A stretch of 56,929 nucleotides of DNA from Octopus bimaculoides. Lineage: Eukaryota. The notes beneath the pieces were generated by a model. The model was not told where the DNA came from. It ran no database searches and worked only from the letters and a program-made list of their open reading frames with translations. Shown piece by piece: positions 22,900 to 35,386 of the stretch. The position numbers and the translations under genes are program-made. Location: contig NC_068991.1 of NCBI RefSeq assembly GCF_001194135.2, positions 33,972,404-34,029,332 of the forward strand, written 5' to 3'. Each line of letters begins with the position of its first letter. Position 1 is the stretch's first letter.

Positions 22900-23420
22900 A
22901 GTTTCGCTTACAGATTGTAGATTACGTCATATTTCTATGGTAGACATAACACATGTGATTAGCAGCTATCAAAAGTGTCATCAAGGTACTACCTCCCTAT
23001 GTGACATGACATCATTGCAAAAACAATACACAATGCTATCTGGAAAAAGACTGTCCTGGAACTATCCACAACTATCAACATTAGAAATACTGATGGAACA
23101 TTCCCATCAAAACATCTATCAAGTGTTTGCATAACAGGTCAGGTATTGCTTGGGGCAGACATGAAAAAGTATATTCTGTCATAGAGGTCAGCTGTCCCGC
23201 TGATGTCAATATCTCTTTGAAAATCAAAGAGGAAGAGGATAACTGGACAGCTACTCCAAAACCTCCACCTTCTATATCTGGATTACAAATTTACATTTAT
23301 ACCAATAATAATTAAAGCACTTGATTTTGTCAATAAATGCCTAACTGTCAGTCTGGGTAAGCTTGGATTTTCAGAAAAAGAAATCAACCAACTGACACAA
23401 TGTGCATCAGTTACGCCCTT
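22900..23420 (+). mobile_element. R4-like fragment (CCHC plus RLE), divergent orientation
   Basis: CRL..DITHVISS..SSRYYLPM*HD, HN(RP)DI, VIEVSCPADVN..K, KLGFSEKE. Confidence 0.7.
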
Positions 23421-24065
23421 CTCATATGCCTTCTGTAGCAAATGACCTCCCAAAGTTTGCTTTCATTTGTTGCAATGAATGATAAAACCCCTTCAGTCAC
23501 CCCATGATGGACAATGCAAATTGATTCATTGGATTCATTGAGGAAAAAGTCATTTCAAGTTCTGATTGGAGGATGAAAGGACACAGTTTCCATCAATAGA
23601 TTAAAGCCAGTCCATCTCAACATTGGCAACCCCATTCAAGTACCTCAACGACCAAATAGAGGCTTAGGCAAATCACACTGACCCCCGATAATGAACAGTC
23701 ACTAAGGAGCGAAATAACTACACACACAGGTCGAGTGATAAAAACACCTTATCAGTTCTAATGACAATCAGCAGTTCTGAGGAGGAGCTATGTAAGGCAT
23801 TGTCCATAAGGTCATAGAAGTCAGACTGTGGACAAGGACTTTTACTGCAGACTGATTATTGAACTAGTCAACAGAAAAAGGCACTTCCAGAGAGGCAAAT
23901 AACAAATCCTGGGCTTTAAGGATGGATCACCCTATCTCACATTTGTAAATGTTTGATACACAATAAAAAACACTTCAACAAATCGCTGTCTTGTCATTTT
24001 AAGTATTGCTTAACTAAACCTATACATGCATGTATGTACATAGTACATATGTATGCATGTATGTA

Positions 24066-25159
24066 CACAGACATAACAGAAGTAAATAGACACCCTTATA
24101 ATCATTAAAATTTATTTAAATCTGAAATTATATTCAAATTATTTATTAATTGTTATAATGTGAATATTTAATATTTAGTAGACATGACCCTTGCATTTTT
24201 CAATGCAAGGTTCCTAAAAGGTATGCTACTGATCAGATGGCAAATATTCTCTTGGGAAATTTCTTACCAAGTTTCATGCAATAATCTCAAAAGATCTGGT
24301 TTTGAGCATGCTTTCTTCTTCTTTTTACAAAAAGTCCTGTCCATTATGCTCCAGAGGTGTTTAAAAAGGTTCATATCTGGTGACTGGCTTGGCCATAGAA
24401 GTTTTTTTATGCTATTCTTTTCCAACCAATCTTGGGTCTTTTTAGCCGTGTGACAATGAGCCCCATCTTCCATAAATAAAGAGTCTTCTTTAATCATTTT
24501 ACCATTGGAGAAGATTGGAAGGCATCCTTTCTTATTTCTTTATTGCCCACAAGGGGCTAAACATAGAGGGGACAAACAAGGTACTTAATTATCGACCCCG
24601 AAAGGATGAAAGGCAAAGTCGACCTCGGCGGAATTTGAACTCAGAATTTATCTGAGTTTATGTTTCCAACACACTCCATCAGCTCTGATCAACCATTGCT
24701 CCCAGACCATCACATAATAGCTGCTGTGTTTCATTGTTGGCAGCAATCTTTTCATGTCAAATTCTTAATTACAGAGTCTCCAGACCCACACTCAACCACT
24801 GTCAGAAAATACAGCAAATCTGGACTCACCAGAGTTGATCTGGTTGATCTGGGCAAGGTGATGTGGACTCCTTTCCTTCTCTGGTGAATTGCACAATTAC
24901 CCTATTAACTATAGAAAGCGGGATCCTAAGGCTTTCTGTGATTTTACGCTGACTAAATCCACCTTCAGATTAACCCACAATATGGTTTCTTTGAAATTTG
25001 GACAGTTCCAAGTCTTCTTTTGTATGTGGCATGATTAAACAGTCACATATAGAACCTGAAACATAAAAATGTCCATTAATAAAAATATAAACCTTTACAA
25101 GTTAAACATACATTAAACAATGTTTTATGGTATGTCTATTTACTTCTGTCATGTCTGTG
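24066..25159 (-). mobile_element. Tc1-family DNA transposon (deleted) with TIRs and TA TSD
   Basis: TA|CACAGACATAACAGAAGTAAATAGACA … TGTCTATTTACTTCTGTCATGTCTGTG|TA; transposase motifs FMEDGAHCH, WPSQSPDMN..HLW. Confidence 0.88.
24520..24648 (-). mobile_element. SINE fragment inserted in the Tc1 element
   Basis: Segment absent from the second Tc1 copy (30858-31795); contains gaaaggatgaaaggcaaagtcgacctcggcggaatttgaactcag (reverse-complemented B-box head) and the tail ccttgtttgtcccctctatgtttagccccttgtgggcaataaag. Confidence 0.75.
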
Positions 25160-25183
25160 TACATATGCATGCATGTATGTATG

Positions 25184-25816
25184 TGTAGTGAAACCACCTC
25201 TCTCATGGTTGTATATTTACAAATGCGAGCGTAGCAGGAAACAACTCTTTCCCGCCTTGCTGTGTCATCACCTGACTGACTTATTTTTGCGGCATTTGTC
25301 TCCAGTTCGTTCGAGCCAGGACGCAAACCGACCAACCATAGCCACTAATAAGGTCACGTGAGAGAGTTTTTATGATGCTCTCTGGAGCCTCCTTGTATCT
25401 ATAAATAGCCTAAATTATCCGTGCCAGTTCGTTGCGGCTACAGATCTTCTAAGATCTGGTCGTTGACCACACACATAACACAGCCAGCCAGTTTTCCAGC
25501 GACGACATCAACAGCATCATTCAACTGTTTACTACAATCCTCGTCCCCAGCGTCAACACGACTCTACGTACACAAGCTACCAAACAGCAACCGCAGCTTC
25601 TCTTCTCAACCCTGTTTGTGTGAATCGCCTCACCACGAAATTAACAGCCAGAACTCAACCTGTGAAAAACATCTGTATCAAGAATCCGGCCCGGCATCGA
25701 TGCCTCAACTGCACGACAAGTGACTTAGCTCTGCCACAACCATAACCTCTTATATACAGACCTACAATCCAACTGTGTACCTTAACAGAACTGGTATCTT
25801 ATTATCCTGTGTTACA
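25184..25816 (+). mobile_element. Probable solo LTR
   Basis: Starts TGTAGTG, ends GTTACA, TATAAATAG at 25400; CpG-richer than its flanks; no TSD found. Confidence 0.45.
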
Positions 25817-26269
25817 GACTCTTTCTATGCTTTGTATCTCTTGCATTCACATACATATATTTGTATACACACTCTTTTGTTTACATGACGGCCTGTCTTA
25901 TATTGTGTTTTAATATGTCGCATTCACACTCACACACAGACATACAGTTTAATGCTCCAATAAATCTTACTGTTATTCATCTTTATCGGTTGCGTTCCTA
26001 TCTTGTCCTTCCTGGCAAACTTCTTAGTTCTCTATGTTATAGTATTATAACATATATCATATATTTTTATGTTGACCGTGTGACGCGTAAAAAAAGAGCC
26101 TGTTTTCCATTCATCACCATTTCTCCTTTGGTTCGCACGGTCGTTCTTACATATGTATGTATGTATGTATCTATGTATGTTACCCAAAATTGGCAAACTT
26201 TAAAAGCTATTAATTTTTTATTTATTAATTTATGGTAAAATTAATTTAATTTTCATAATTAGCAAACAA

Positions 26270-27930
26270 AATTAAATTGGTATATCAAATTTGAAAACAA
26301 CTGGAGCAAAATGATAAAATATGAAATATGTGACAGCAACCAAGAAGATCTCATGCTTATGAATGTATATATTTGTGTGTGCATGTGTGTGTGTTAGGTG
26401 GTTGGTTTCTTTTTCTGAAAACCCTAGCTTATCCAGATTGTCACTTAGGCATTTTCTCACATAACCAAGTACACTAATAATTATTGGTAGAAATGTGAAT
26501 TTATAATCTGGATGCAGAAGCTGGAGATTTCAGATGAGTTATCCTCTTTCTCTTTGATTTTCAAAGAGATATTCACATCAGCAGGACAGCCAACCTCTAT
26601 GATGGTACACACTTTTTCTTGTCTGTTGCAAACAACAATATCTAGCCTGTTCTGTTTACACTTGACAGAAGTTTTGATAGGAATGTTCCACCAATATTTC
26701 TTGTGTTGATGTTTGTGTACGTATACAATAACAGGGTAATTCTCTATATTTATTCAAGGGCAATCTTATTTTCAAATAGCATTGTATATTGTTTTTGCAA
26801 CAATGTTATGTTGCATTGGGAGATGACATTTTTGGCAGCTGCTAATCACATGTGATTTTCAGTTGCACTTTGGAACTCCACCGTCTTTTTTGTTTATTAG
26901 GTATTTAGTAGCAATAGCCTGTTATTGGATTGCAGATGCATAACCTTCAAAGTGTAACATGATGTAGCATTCATGAGTCCAAGAGAGGTTTTGCTTCATG
27001 TTAATGTTACTGTCTTCTTCAAGTCTTTGGGAAACATACCAATGCATTGTCATTTTTGGTATGATGAATGTTTCACATCCAGGTCTTACTTGAGGTATGT
27101 TTTGGGCTTGTATGGGAGAGAGAGAGTGCTTCATGAGCAGTCCACTACCATCACATAGGATGTTGTTCTCTTTGCTTTTTAGCATTAAGTTTATGTACTT
27201 ATTTTTTGCTACTGTTGTTTATGAAGAACTGTCTGAGAGAAACAATACAACATTTGAAAGCTGTCTATACTAACATTAAGGTTCTACCTACTTCAACTTT
27301 TCTTGTGTACAGCCTCTCAATATCACTGTTTCTTTGGAAGTTTCCAGTCAGTATCTTGGAGGTTTTAATGTCTATGGAGTGGATTTCAACTATAGACCAG
27401 TCAAATATCCCCAATGTTGGAATCAATATTGGTATGCAAATGTATTGTAGGATATTGTCTTGTATGAAGAGACTTCTGAATGGCATATTTTTCTAAGCCT
27501 GGTATGATATTCTCACGTCACTCCATTTTTTATTTTCAAATATGAACATTTCTTTTTGTTCAAGTTCCGTTCTTATGTCAGCTGAAAATGTTATTAATTC
27601 CAATTGTTTTTTGGCATTGATAACATTTTTAGTGTAAATCTTCAGGCCATCCACAAAGAAATTATGGATTACATTAATATCTCTAGCGGTTACAAACCCA
27701 TGCACATAGCCATTTAATTTTTGTAACAGGAATGATAATGGATTTAATGAACAGAATTGCAGCCTTGGAATATTCCCTTTGAAATATTCATAACATTGGA
27801 GACAATCATTCCACTCTCATTTGTAAGTGTGAGAACTATTTTCCAGGTCTTTGTGAGCCTTTCAATGGCAGCAATTAAATGTAGGTACTCTAGCAGCCAT
27901 GAATGGGGAAAAAAGTTGAATAGGTTTGTA
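26270..27930 (-). mobile_element. R4-like non-LTR remnants
   Basis: KGIFQGCNS, HNFFVDGLKIY, RLE-end KLGFSEKE; 26490-27300 is homologous to 53620-54400. Confidence 0.7.
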
Positions 27931-28569
27931 GCGTGCTTCTCTCTCTCTGTTATATATACATGAGCGCGGACATAGTGGATAACAGCTAGTCTTCGGTCAA
28001 TCTTTTGAACCCTGTTGTGTCCACCACTCTGATTGGTTGGTATTGGCACATTTTGTCTCCTGTTCTATTCCGCACCAAGATGCAACCCAGCCAATTGCAG
28101 CCTTCAGTGTATATATGTGTAGATGGCTTAGTATGTGTATATGCTGCTGAAAAATATTTGTGTAATACAGCGTGGAAATTTTAAATTAAAATTTTAATGT
28201 ATTAATTGATTTATATTTTGTATATAATTATTTACCAGATGTATTTAGAATCTGTGCTTCGAAGGTCCAATGAAACAAAGTCATTTTCAAAGGTGTATCC
28301 TTTAAACTAGTTTTATATTTGATTATATCGTCATTTCTGTTCCATTCTAACAAAACTGTCCGATGAACGGGAACATGAAACTGAGTAGCAGTTTTTGTGA
28401 TATTTCTGCTGCTTTTAAGTATTTGGGTACTCTTTTTTCCACCTTGTTTCACATTTATGTGCTTACTCCGGTATAAATAAAGAACCAAAACATGTAAAAT
28501 ATCTCTGTGAAAATTAAAATTTATATGATCTTTCTGAATTGATGGGCGCCACTTGTTTTCTGAACGAAA

Positions 28570-28760
28570 CACTTTCAAACTTGGGATACTGGTAGAATGT
28601 GTCATATAAAACATCTTTTTCTCTTAGCCTTCTTAACAAAACTTTCTATATTGCAAGTTATTTCATGTTAAAGTTGTCGTATTTCTGTAATTTCAACCAG
28701 TCACTGATGTCTATTCAGCTGAATACAGTTACTGCTGTTTTTGTAAACAATAATTTTTGC
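28570..28760. repeat. Diverged copy of the foldback arm at 15860-16048 (inverted)
   Basis: gatactggtagaatgtgtca.ataaaacatc…tgttaaagttgtcgtatttc.gtaatttcaa shared; the ORF track also shows similar spurious peptides (MSHKTSF / MSYKTSF). Confidence 0.75.
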
Positions 28761-29887
28761 TGGTGTCAAGATCGTTATTCCCTGGTAATTATATCGTTAT
28801 TCCCTAGTAATTATGACATTTCATCTGGTTTTTTGGTTTTGTTTTCTTTTGAAGCAGACAAAATTACAGAGAAATGGTAATTTATACGCATGAAGCAGAC
28901 AAAATTACAAAAAAATGGTAATTTATACGCATATATTGTTTATATAATAAATTACGCTGTNNNNNNNNNNCCTACATCTACATGTATATATAGATGCATA
29001 TCTGGGTACAGGACGTAGCATAAAAACATGGACAAAATGATAAATGGAATACAGAAAACACACAGGCCACATAGAGAACATTTCCTTAGACAGAAACAAG
29101 CAGTGACAAGGAAAATGCCACTTGTATTTGAACACTATGCAAATATTCTTTAAAAAAAAACTTTTCTTTTAATTTTTCCAAAATTTAATTGTTTTCTATA
29201 CTTACAGTTGAAAAACTCTCAATGACTGAAACCGGTACTGAAATGTTTTTTATAAAATTACCACAGCATTTTCTACCTTGACTTTTTTCCAAATATANNN
29301 NNNNNNNNNNNNNNNNNNNNNNNNNNNNNNNNNNNNNNNNNNNNNNNNNNNNNNNNNNNNNNNNNNNNNNNNNNNNNNNNNNNNNNNNNNNNNNNNNNNN
29401 NNNNNNNNNNNNNNNNNNNNNNNNNNNNNNNNNNNNNNNNNNNNNNNNNNNNNNNNNNNNNNNNNNNNNNNNNNNNNNNNNNNNNNNNNNNNNNNNNNNN
29501 NNNNNNNNNNNNNNNNNNNNNNNNNNNNNNNNNNNNNNNNNNNNNNNNNNNNNNNNNNNNNNNNNNNNNNNNNNNNNNNNNNNNNNNNNNNNNNNNNNNN
29601 NNNNNNNNNNNNNNNNNNNNNNNNNNNNNNNNNNNNNNNNNNNNNNNNNNNNNNNNNNNNNNNNNNNNNNNNNNNNNNNNNNNNNNNNNNNNNNNNNNNN
29701 NNNNNNNNNNNNNNNNNNNNNNNNNNNNNNNNNNNNNNNNNNNNNNNNNNNNNNNNNNNNNNNNNNNNNNNNNNNNNNNNNNNNNNNNNNNNNNNNNNNN
29801 NNNNNNNNNNNNNNNNNNNNNNNNNNNNNNNNNNNNNNNNNNNNNNATATATATATATATATACATACACACACACACACATATATA

Positions 29888-30035
29888 TGACAGGCTTCTT
29901 TCAGTTTCTGTCTATCAAATCCACTCACAAGGCTTTGGTCGGCCCGAGACTATAGTAGAAGACAATTGCCCAAGGTGCCATGCAGTGGGACTGAACCCAG
30001 AACCATGTGGTTGGTAAGCAAGCTACTTACCACAT
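29888..30035 (-). mobile_element. tRNA-derived SINE with Nin/Deu core (5' part)
   Basis: Reverse complement of gtggtaagtagcttgcttaccaaccacatggttc.gggttcagtcccactgc…gaccaaagccttgtgagtggatttg.tagac.gaaactgaaagaagcc; same family as 37311-37700. Confidence 0.85.
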
Positions 30036-30155
30036 TTATGCATGTATATATATATGTAGTGGATCTTGCATGCATGAGGTGGATTCGATCCACCATAGCC
30101 AAATTTAAATTAACACTGCAACAGAACTTTTTCCACGGTGGAACAATGGTTTTTC

Positions 30156-30851
30156 TGTGACAGCAGTTTTACATTTTCCAGATACCTTTAGCTAGGCTGA
30201 AATAATGTTTTCACCACTTGTCCTTTATAACCTCTTCTACTCCACCAAAAGCTTGAATAGAAATAACAAGACCACCAACTAAATCTATTGTTCTGGATAG
30301 TTATAAAAGCAAGAACTCCCCAAGCAAAAGTCAGTTGGTGACGACTCAACAAGTCCAGTCACATGATGACAACTCACTGACAACGAAATCTGGCTGATGA
30401 GCTAGAACCTTGATCAGAGGGAGAAATGAAGTTTACCGTCAGCAACTGTGAGACTACGTCCCACACCCTACAACTCTCACTAGCTCTAATTCTATTCTCT
30501 TACAACATCATTCTATCTGTAATTACTACTAAACAATGAAGAGGATACAAACACAAACTTTACTTTGCATGCTTTTGGATTTATCATAACCTGCCCGTTG
30601 AGGCAAGGTATTGTAATGTAACGGTAAATAAATACTTCCTTAAAACTCCATCTTTCCCATCTTACAACATGCAATTATAACAACAAATTTTTATCGTCAC
30701 AACTGCTGACTCATACATTTCATATTATTGTGCACCTAATCAATCTTACCTGTTACAATTGGTAACTACACAAATTATTATCGTTACAAAGTGGCGACCC
30801 CGACATTGCACCATAACACACATCGCTACAACAATAAACCTCACTGTTACA
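30156..30851 (+). mobile_element. LTR-like segment with PBS-like motif
   Basis: TGTGAC start; GTTACA followed by aagTGGCGACCCC at ~30783-30800; further GTTACA ends at ~30757 and 30851. Confidence 0.4.
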
Positions 30852-30857
30852 TATATA

Positions 30858-31795
30858 CACGCAGACAAAACAGAAGTAAATAGACACCCTTATAATCATT
30901 AAAATTTATTTAAATCTGAAATTATACATTCAAATTATTTATTCATTGTTATAATGTGAATATTTAATGTTTAGTAGACATGCCCTTTGCATTTTTCAAT
31001 GCAAGGACCCTATTGGGCATGCTACTGATCAGATGACAAATATTCTCTTGTGGAATTTCTTGCCCAAGTTTCATGCAGTAATCTCAAAAGATCTGGCTTT
31101 GAAGATGCTTTTTTGTTCTTTTTACAAAGTTTCCTGTCCATTATGCTCCAGAAGTGTTCGATAGGATTCACATGTGGTGACTGGCTTGGCCATAGAAGTT
31201 TTTTAATGCTATTCTTTTCCAACCAATCTTCGGTCTTTTTAGCCGTGTGACATGGAGCCCCATCTTCCATAAATAGTCTTCTTTAATCATTTCACCATTG
31301 GAAGGAGTCCTTTCTGCAGTATGGACACATGTTTATCTGAGTTTATGTTTCTGTCACCCTCCACCAGCTCTGATCAACAAATGCCCCAAATTGCTCCCCA
31401 GGCCATCACAGAATAGCTGCCGTGTTTCATTATTGGCAGCAATCTTTTCACATCAAATTCTTGATTACATGGTCTCCAGACCCACACTCAGCCACTGTCA
31501 GGAAATGCAGCAAATCTGGATTCATCAAAGAATGTGACAGTGTCCCAAAATTCTAGTGGCTTCTCCACCATCTCACTGGCCAAAATCTTTTCTCCGCTTG
31601 ATGTTGGCTAGTCAAAGAAGTGATTTCCTGGCCGAAGAAGTGGCTTACTGCTCTGCCGTAGTAACCAAGTTTGTTGGGATACCTGACAGCTGTTCTGGGA
31701 CTGACATCAACTTGTTCTGCTATGTTTGAGGCCTTGCAGCGAGGATTAACTTGCACACTTCTTTTAACAAAGAGAAGGGTCCTGTCACAGGGCCC
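30858..31795 (-). mobile_element. Second Tc1 copy, one end truncated
   Basis: Same TIR (cagacaaaacagaagtaaatagacacc) and body as 24066-25159; MEDGAPCH, WPSQSPHVNPIEHFW; N-terminal HTH (VSPRTAVRY..LGY). Confidence 0.85.
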
Positions 31796-31905
31796 TGGTT
31801 GATCTGTAATCTGCATATATATATACATACACATATTATGTTTATATTTATATGCATGTGTGTGTATATATATATATATACACATATATATATATATATA
31901 TATAT

Positions 31906-32080
31906 ACACACTCTCTGAGTGGTTGGCGTTAGGAAGGGCATCCAGCTGTAGAAACTCTGCCAAATCAGACTGGAGCCTGGTGTTGCCATCCGGTTTCACC
32001 AGTCCTCAGTCAAATCGTCCAACCCATGCTAGCATGGAAAGCGGACGTTAAACGATGATGATGATGATGATGATGATGAT
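31906..32080 (+). mobile_element. Isolated RTE 3' tail (a related minus-strand tail lies at 32142-32260)
   Basis: Near-identical to 4578-4773 and 7558-7727; ends in (GAT)n. Confidence 0.85.
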
Positions 32081-32459
32081 ATATCTATATACACACATAT
32101 AAATATAAACATAATATGTGTATGTATATATATGCATGCATATCATCATCATCATTTAACGTCCATTTTCCATGCTGGCATGGGTTGGACGGTTTGACAG
32201 GGGCCAACAAGCCTGGGGCTATGAATGGCATCTGTCTAGTTTGGCATGGTTTGACATAATAGACATTTTTATATTGTTATGATTCTATAGACCTTGGTGC
32301 AAGTTGACTGAAAACCTGGGACCCACCAAAATTGTTCCCAATTGGGCCCCGCACCTCGTATGGCTGGCTCATGCATGTATAAATATATATAAGTAAATAA
32401 ATGGAGTTAAATGCAAATGTTATTCAAATTCTTTTACTTTCAACATATTTGACTGGTGC

Positions 32460-33684
32460 AAGCAAAACTATTTGGTTTGTTATTCCATATGGAAGGCAAA
32501 TTAAATCTAATCTTCCTTTGCAGTTCCATGAAGCGGTTAGTAAGAACTTTCCAAAAAATTCTAGATATTATTCCATTCTCATATAGTTAGAGTTGCCTTC
32601 TCCAACACAAAGAATCTTTCACAAATCATATCTTCTCATAATACCAGTCTGCTAGATAAAAGTTCATTTACTGAGAGTTCCAAGATTAATTTAATACCAG
32701 CCTTTCCCATAATAATAATAATAACATAGTTTTGGTCTCTGAGTACAACCCCAACAGAATTAAATTTATGTCTAATAATTCTAAGATTAAGAATTCTATA
32801 TACCATTGTAAAATTACTTCTGGTACCGATGTCTATTTCTATATTGGGGCTTCCTCTTCCCAGTTATCTAAGAGAATTTCCAATCATTATTCTTCATTTA
32901 GGGATTGCACAGGGCTTAGTAAATTGGTTTGGTATCTTAGAGACAACAATAAGGATTTTAATTTAGCTTGGTTCATCCTGTCCATCTCTTTCCCTTACGA
33001 CAAGGGCAAAGGATTTTGTAACATTTGTAATTCTAAACTCTTCCATATTTTCTTCTCTAAGAATCAACTTGTTAACACACTTATAGAGCGATCTTACAAA
33101 TGTAAGCATTGGCAGAAACACACCTTTAGCTCATATAAGTGATTTATACCAGTCTGTATAGTTTGAACATTTAGTTGCACTCTACTTCAATAGAGAAATC
33201 TACTTCCAAGCCTTTGAAAATTTTTTCAACTAACATATCCCTCTATATCTCTTTATTTGTTCTCTACTTATTATTTCTTTACCCCTTCTCTTCCTATGGT
33301 CTATTTTTGACGTAGGATCTACTAATGGTTATTTAAAAATACTTAATAGCGTTCTGCTTATCATTTATGAAGTCATCAAAATTGTTATTATGTCTTCTTG
33401 TTGAGATTGGTTCTCCTTCTTTCCTGATGAGATTACATTATTTTACACCGTTTATTCCTTTGGAATAAAGCTAATGTTGCCTTCGAAACATTTGTCGAAA
33501 GTAAAAGAATTTGAATAACATCCATGTTTAACTCCATTTACTTATACTATACAAATTACTGCACATTAACCCAGAGTTTCTGTCTTTGAATAGATCACTA
33601 CATCCTTGTTACTTGCGTGAATTTTGCTACCCTGGTAACTGTTTATTGAATTTTTTGTGTTAACTGTAAACAAAGGATTATTCA

Positions 33685-33690
<6 letters not shown>
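32460..33690 (+). mobile_element. 5'-truncated Penelope-like element: linker, GIY-YIG (ORF 32732-33142) and 3' pLTR region
   Basis: WFVIPYGRQIKSNL; SIYHCKIT..FYIGASS..LSKRISNHYSSF..GLSKLVWYL..CNICN..LVN..KCKH; hammerhead downstream. Confidence 0.85.
33419..33501 (+). ncRNA. Type I (minimal, PLE-type) hammerhead ribozyme
   Basis: Stem I CTTTC (33419-23) / GAAAG (33497-501); core CTGATGA at 33424-30; stem II G..C with acatta/taatgt and tttattcc/ggaataaa helices; GAAAC 33485-89, ATTT loop, GTC cleavage triplet 33494-96. Confidence 0.75.
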
Positions 33691-33716
<26 letters not shown>

Positions 33717-33720
<4 letters not shown>

Positions 33721-34976
33721 GTTGGCAACTAAGTTCCTGCCGTTTTTTTAAATTTAAATTTTTTAAAAGGTTTAATAAAAAAATAACAACTAATTAATCA
33801 ATAATGTATTCACCCTTGTTGTTTACAACTTCTTCCCAATGTTCAACAAGATTTTCAATACCTTGTTTGTAGAAATCACCAGATTTTGACTTGAAAAATT
33901 GATACAACCAAGCTCTCAGTATTGAATGAAACCCCACACATAGCATTTGAAAGAGATCAAAAGGAGTGGAAATCCATTGGTGCAAAATCAGGAGAGTACA
34001 GCGGGTGTGGCAGCACTTCCCAGCCATGCGTTTGAATGGCTTCCTTGGTCTTATTGGCAATATGAGGGTGGGCGTTGTCTTGCAGCGGAAGAACCCCATG
34101 TTGCCGATTAGGTTTTTTCTCTTGGATAGCTGTGTTGAGTCATTCCATCTGTTGAACATAGAGTTCTGCGTTGACCGTTTGGTTCCGTTCAAGCAATTTG
34201 TAAAGTATAATCCCTTCCCAATCCCACCATAAGCACAACATTGTTTTACATGGATGAAGATCTTGCTTCACGCTTGCTAAGCCATTCCTTACACTGTTTC
34301 ATATTGATGTACAGGCACCATTTTTCATCGCCAGTAACGATTCGGTAAAGAAATCGTTGCTTGTGTCCATGAGTTGAGTGGTGACGAGCAAGCAAACCAG
34401 CAGAGATTGTGGCTCGTTGATTTTTGTTGTTGTCACTTAAAGCATGCAGAACCCATACTCCATACTTCGGAACTTTTCCCATCGAGTGAAGATGCTTCTC
34501 TATAGCAGTGTGGGAGCATTCCATTTTCTCTGCCAGTTCCCTTGTCGTTTGACGAGAACTTTTGTGCAACAGTTGATTTAATCGCTCTTCATCAAACTCA
34601 ACTGGACGGCCAGAACGAGGTGCATCTTTGAGGTCAAAATTTCCATTTTTGAACTTGGCATACCAACCACGAGCGGTTCCTAAAGCTATGGGCACCCTCT
34701 CCATACACAGCACAAATGTCATGAGCAGCTTTTGCGGCCATAGAACCTTGATTAAAAGCAAAAGGTAGGAGGTGTTGAAAATGCTCGTTTTTCTTAACTT
34801 GACATTCCATTTTAATGATCTGAAAATAAACAAAAATTAACTAAATTAACTAGAAAAAGAAAAAGATTCCAAAATAATTCAAAAATAGAATTCTCAAGAA
34901 AAATAGATTCCAAAATTTAAAAACGCAATAAATTCCAAAATTTTTTTAAATGGCAGGAACTTAGTTGCCAACCCAA
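33717..34976 (-). mobile_element. Near full-length mariner (DD34D), disrupted transposase
   Basis: TA-flanked TIRs TTGGGTTGGCAACTAAGTTCCTGCC / GGCAGGAACTTAGTTGCCAACCCAA; RSGRP, WV.H.L, TGDEKW, QDNAHPH, YSPDFAPMD; frameshifts present. Confidence 0.93.
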
Positions 34977-35335
34977 TATATATATACATATTTGCATNNN
35001 NNNNNNNNNNNNNNNNNNNNNNNNNNNNNNNNNNNNNNNNNNNNNNNNNNNNNNNNNNNNNNNNNNNNNNNNNNNNNNNNNNNNNNNNNNNNNNNNNNNN
35101 NNNNNNNNNNNNNNNNNNNNNNNNNNNNNNNNNNNNNNNNNNNNNNNNNNNNNNNNNNNNNNNNNNNNNNNNNNNNNNNNNNNNNNNNNNNNNNNNNNNN
35201 NNNNNNNNNNNNNNNNNNNNNNNNNNNNNNNNNNNNNNNNNNNNNNNNNNNNNNNNNNNNNNNNNNNNNNNNNNNNNNNNNNNNNNNNNNNNNNNNNNNN
35301 NNNNNNNNNNNNNNNNNNNNNNNNNNNNNNNNNNN

Positions 35336-35345
35336 GCCCGTCGTA

Positions 35346-35386
<41 letters not shown>

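Noticed and set aside
28851-28932. 41-bp tandem duplication next to a 10-N gap (similar 33-bp duplication at ~48221-48287)
   Set aside because: Likely local slippage or a contig-overlap artefact; no functional signal.
29185-29955. Long ORFs spanning N-gaps (also 1775-2403, 19442-20228, 34894-35459, 39631-40545, 41988-42272)
   Set aside because: Artefacts of translating N runs and flanking microsatellites.
30394-30420. CTGATGAG as a hammerhead core
   Set aside because: No downstream GAAA-stem III-NUH or stem I pairing.
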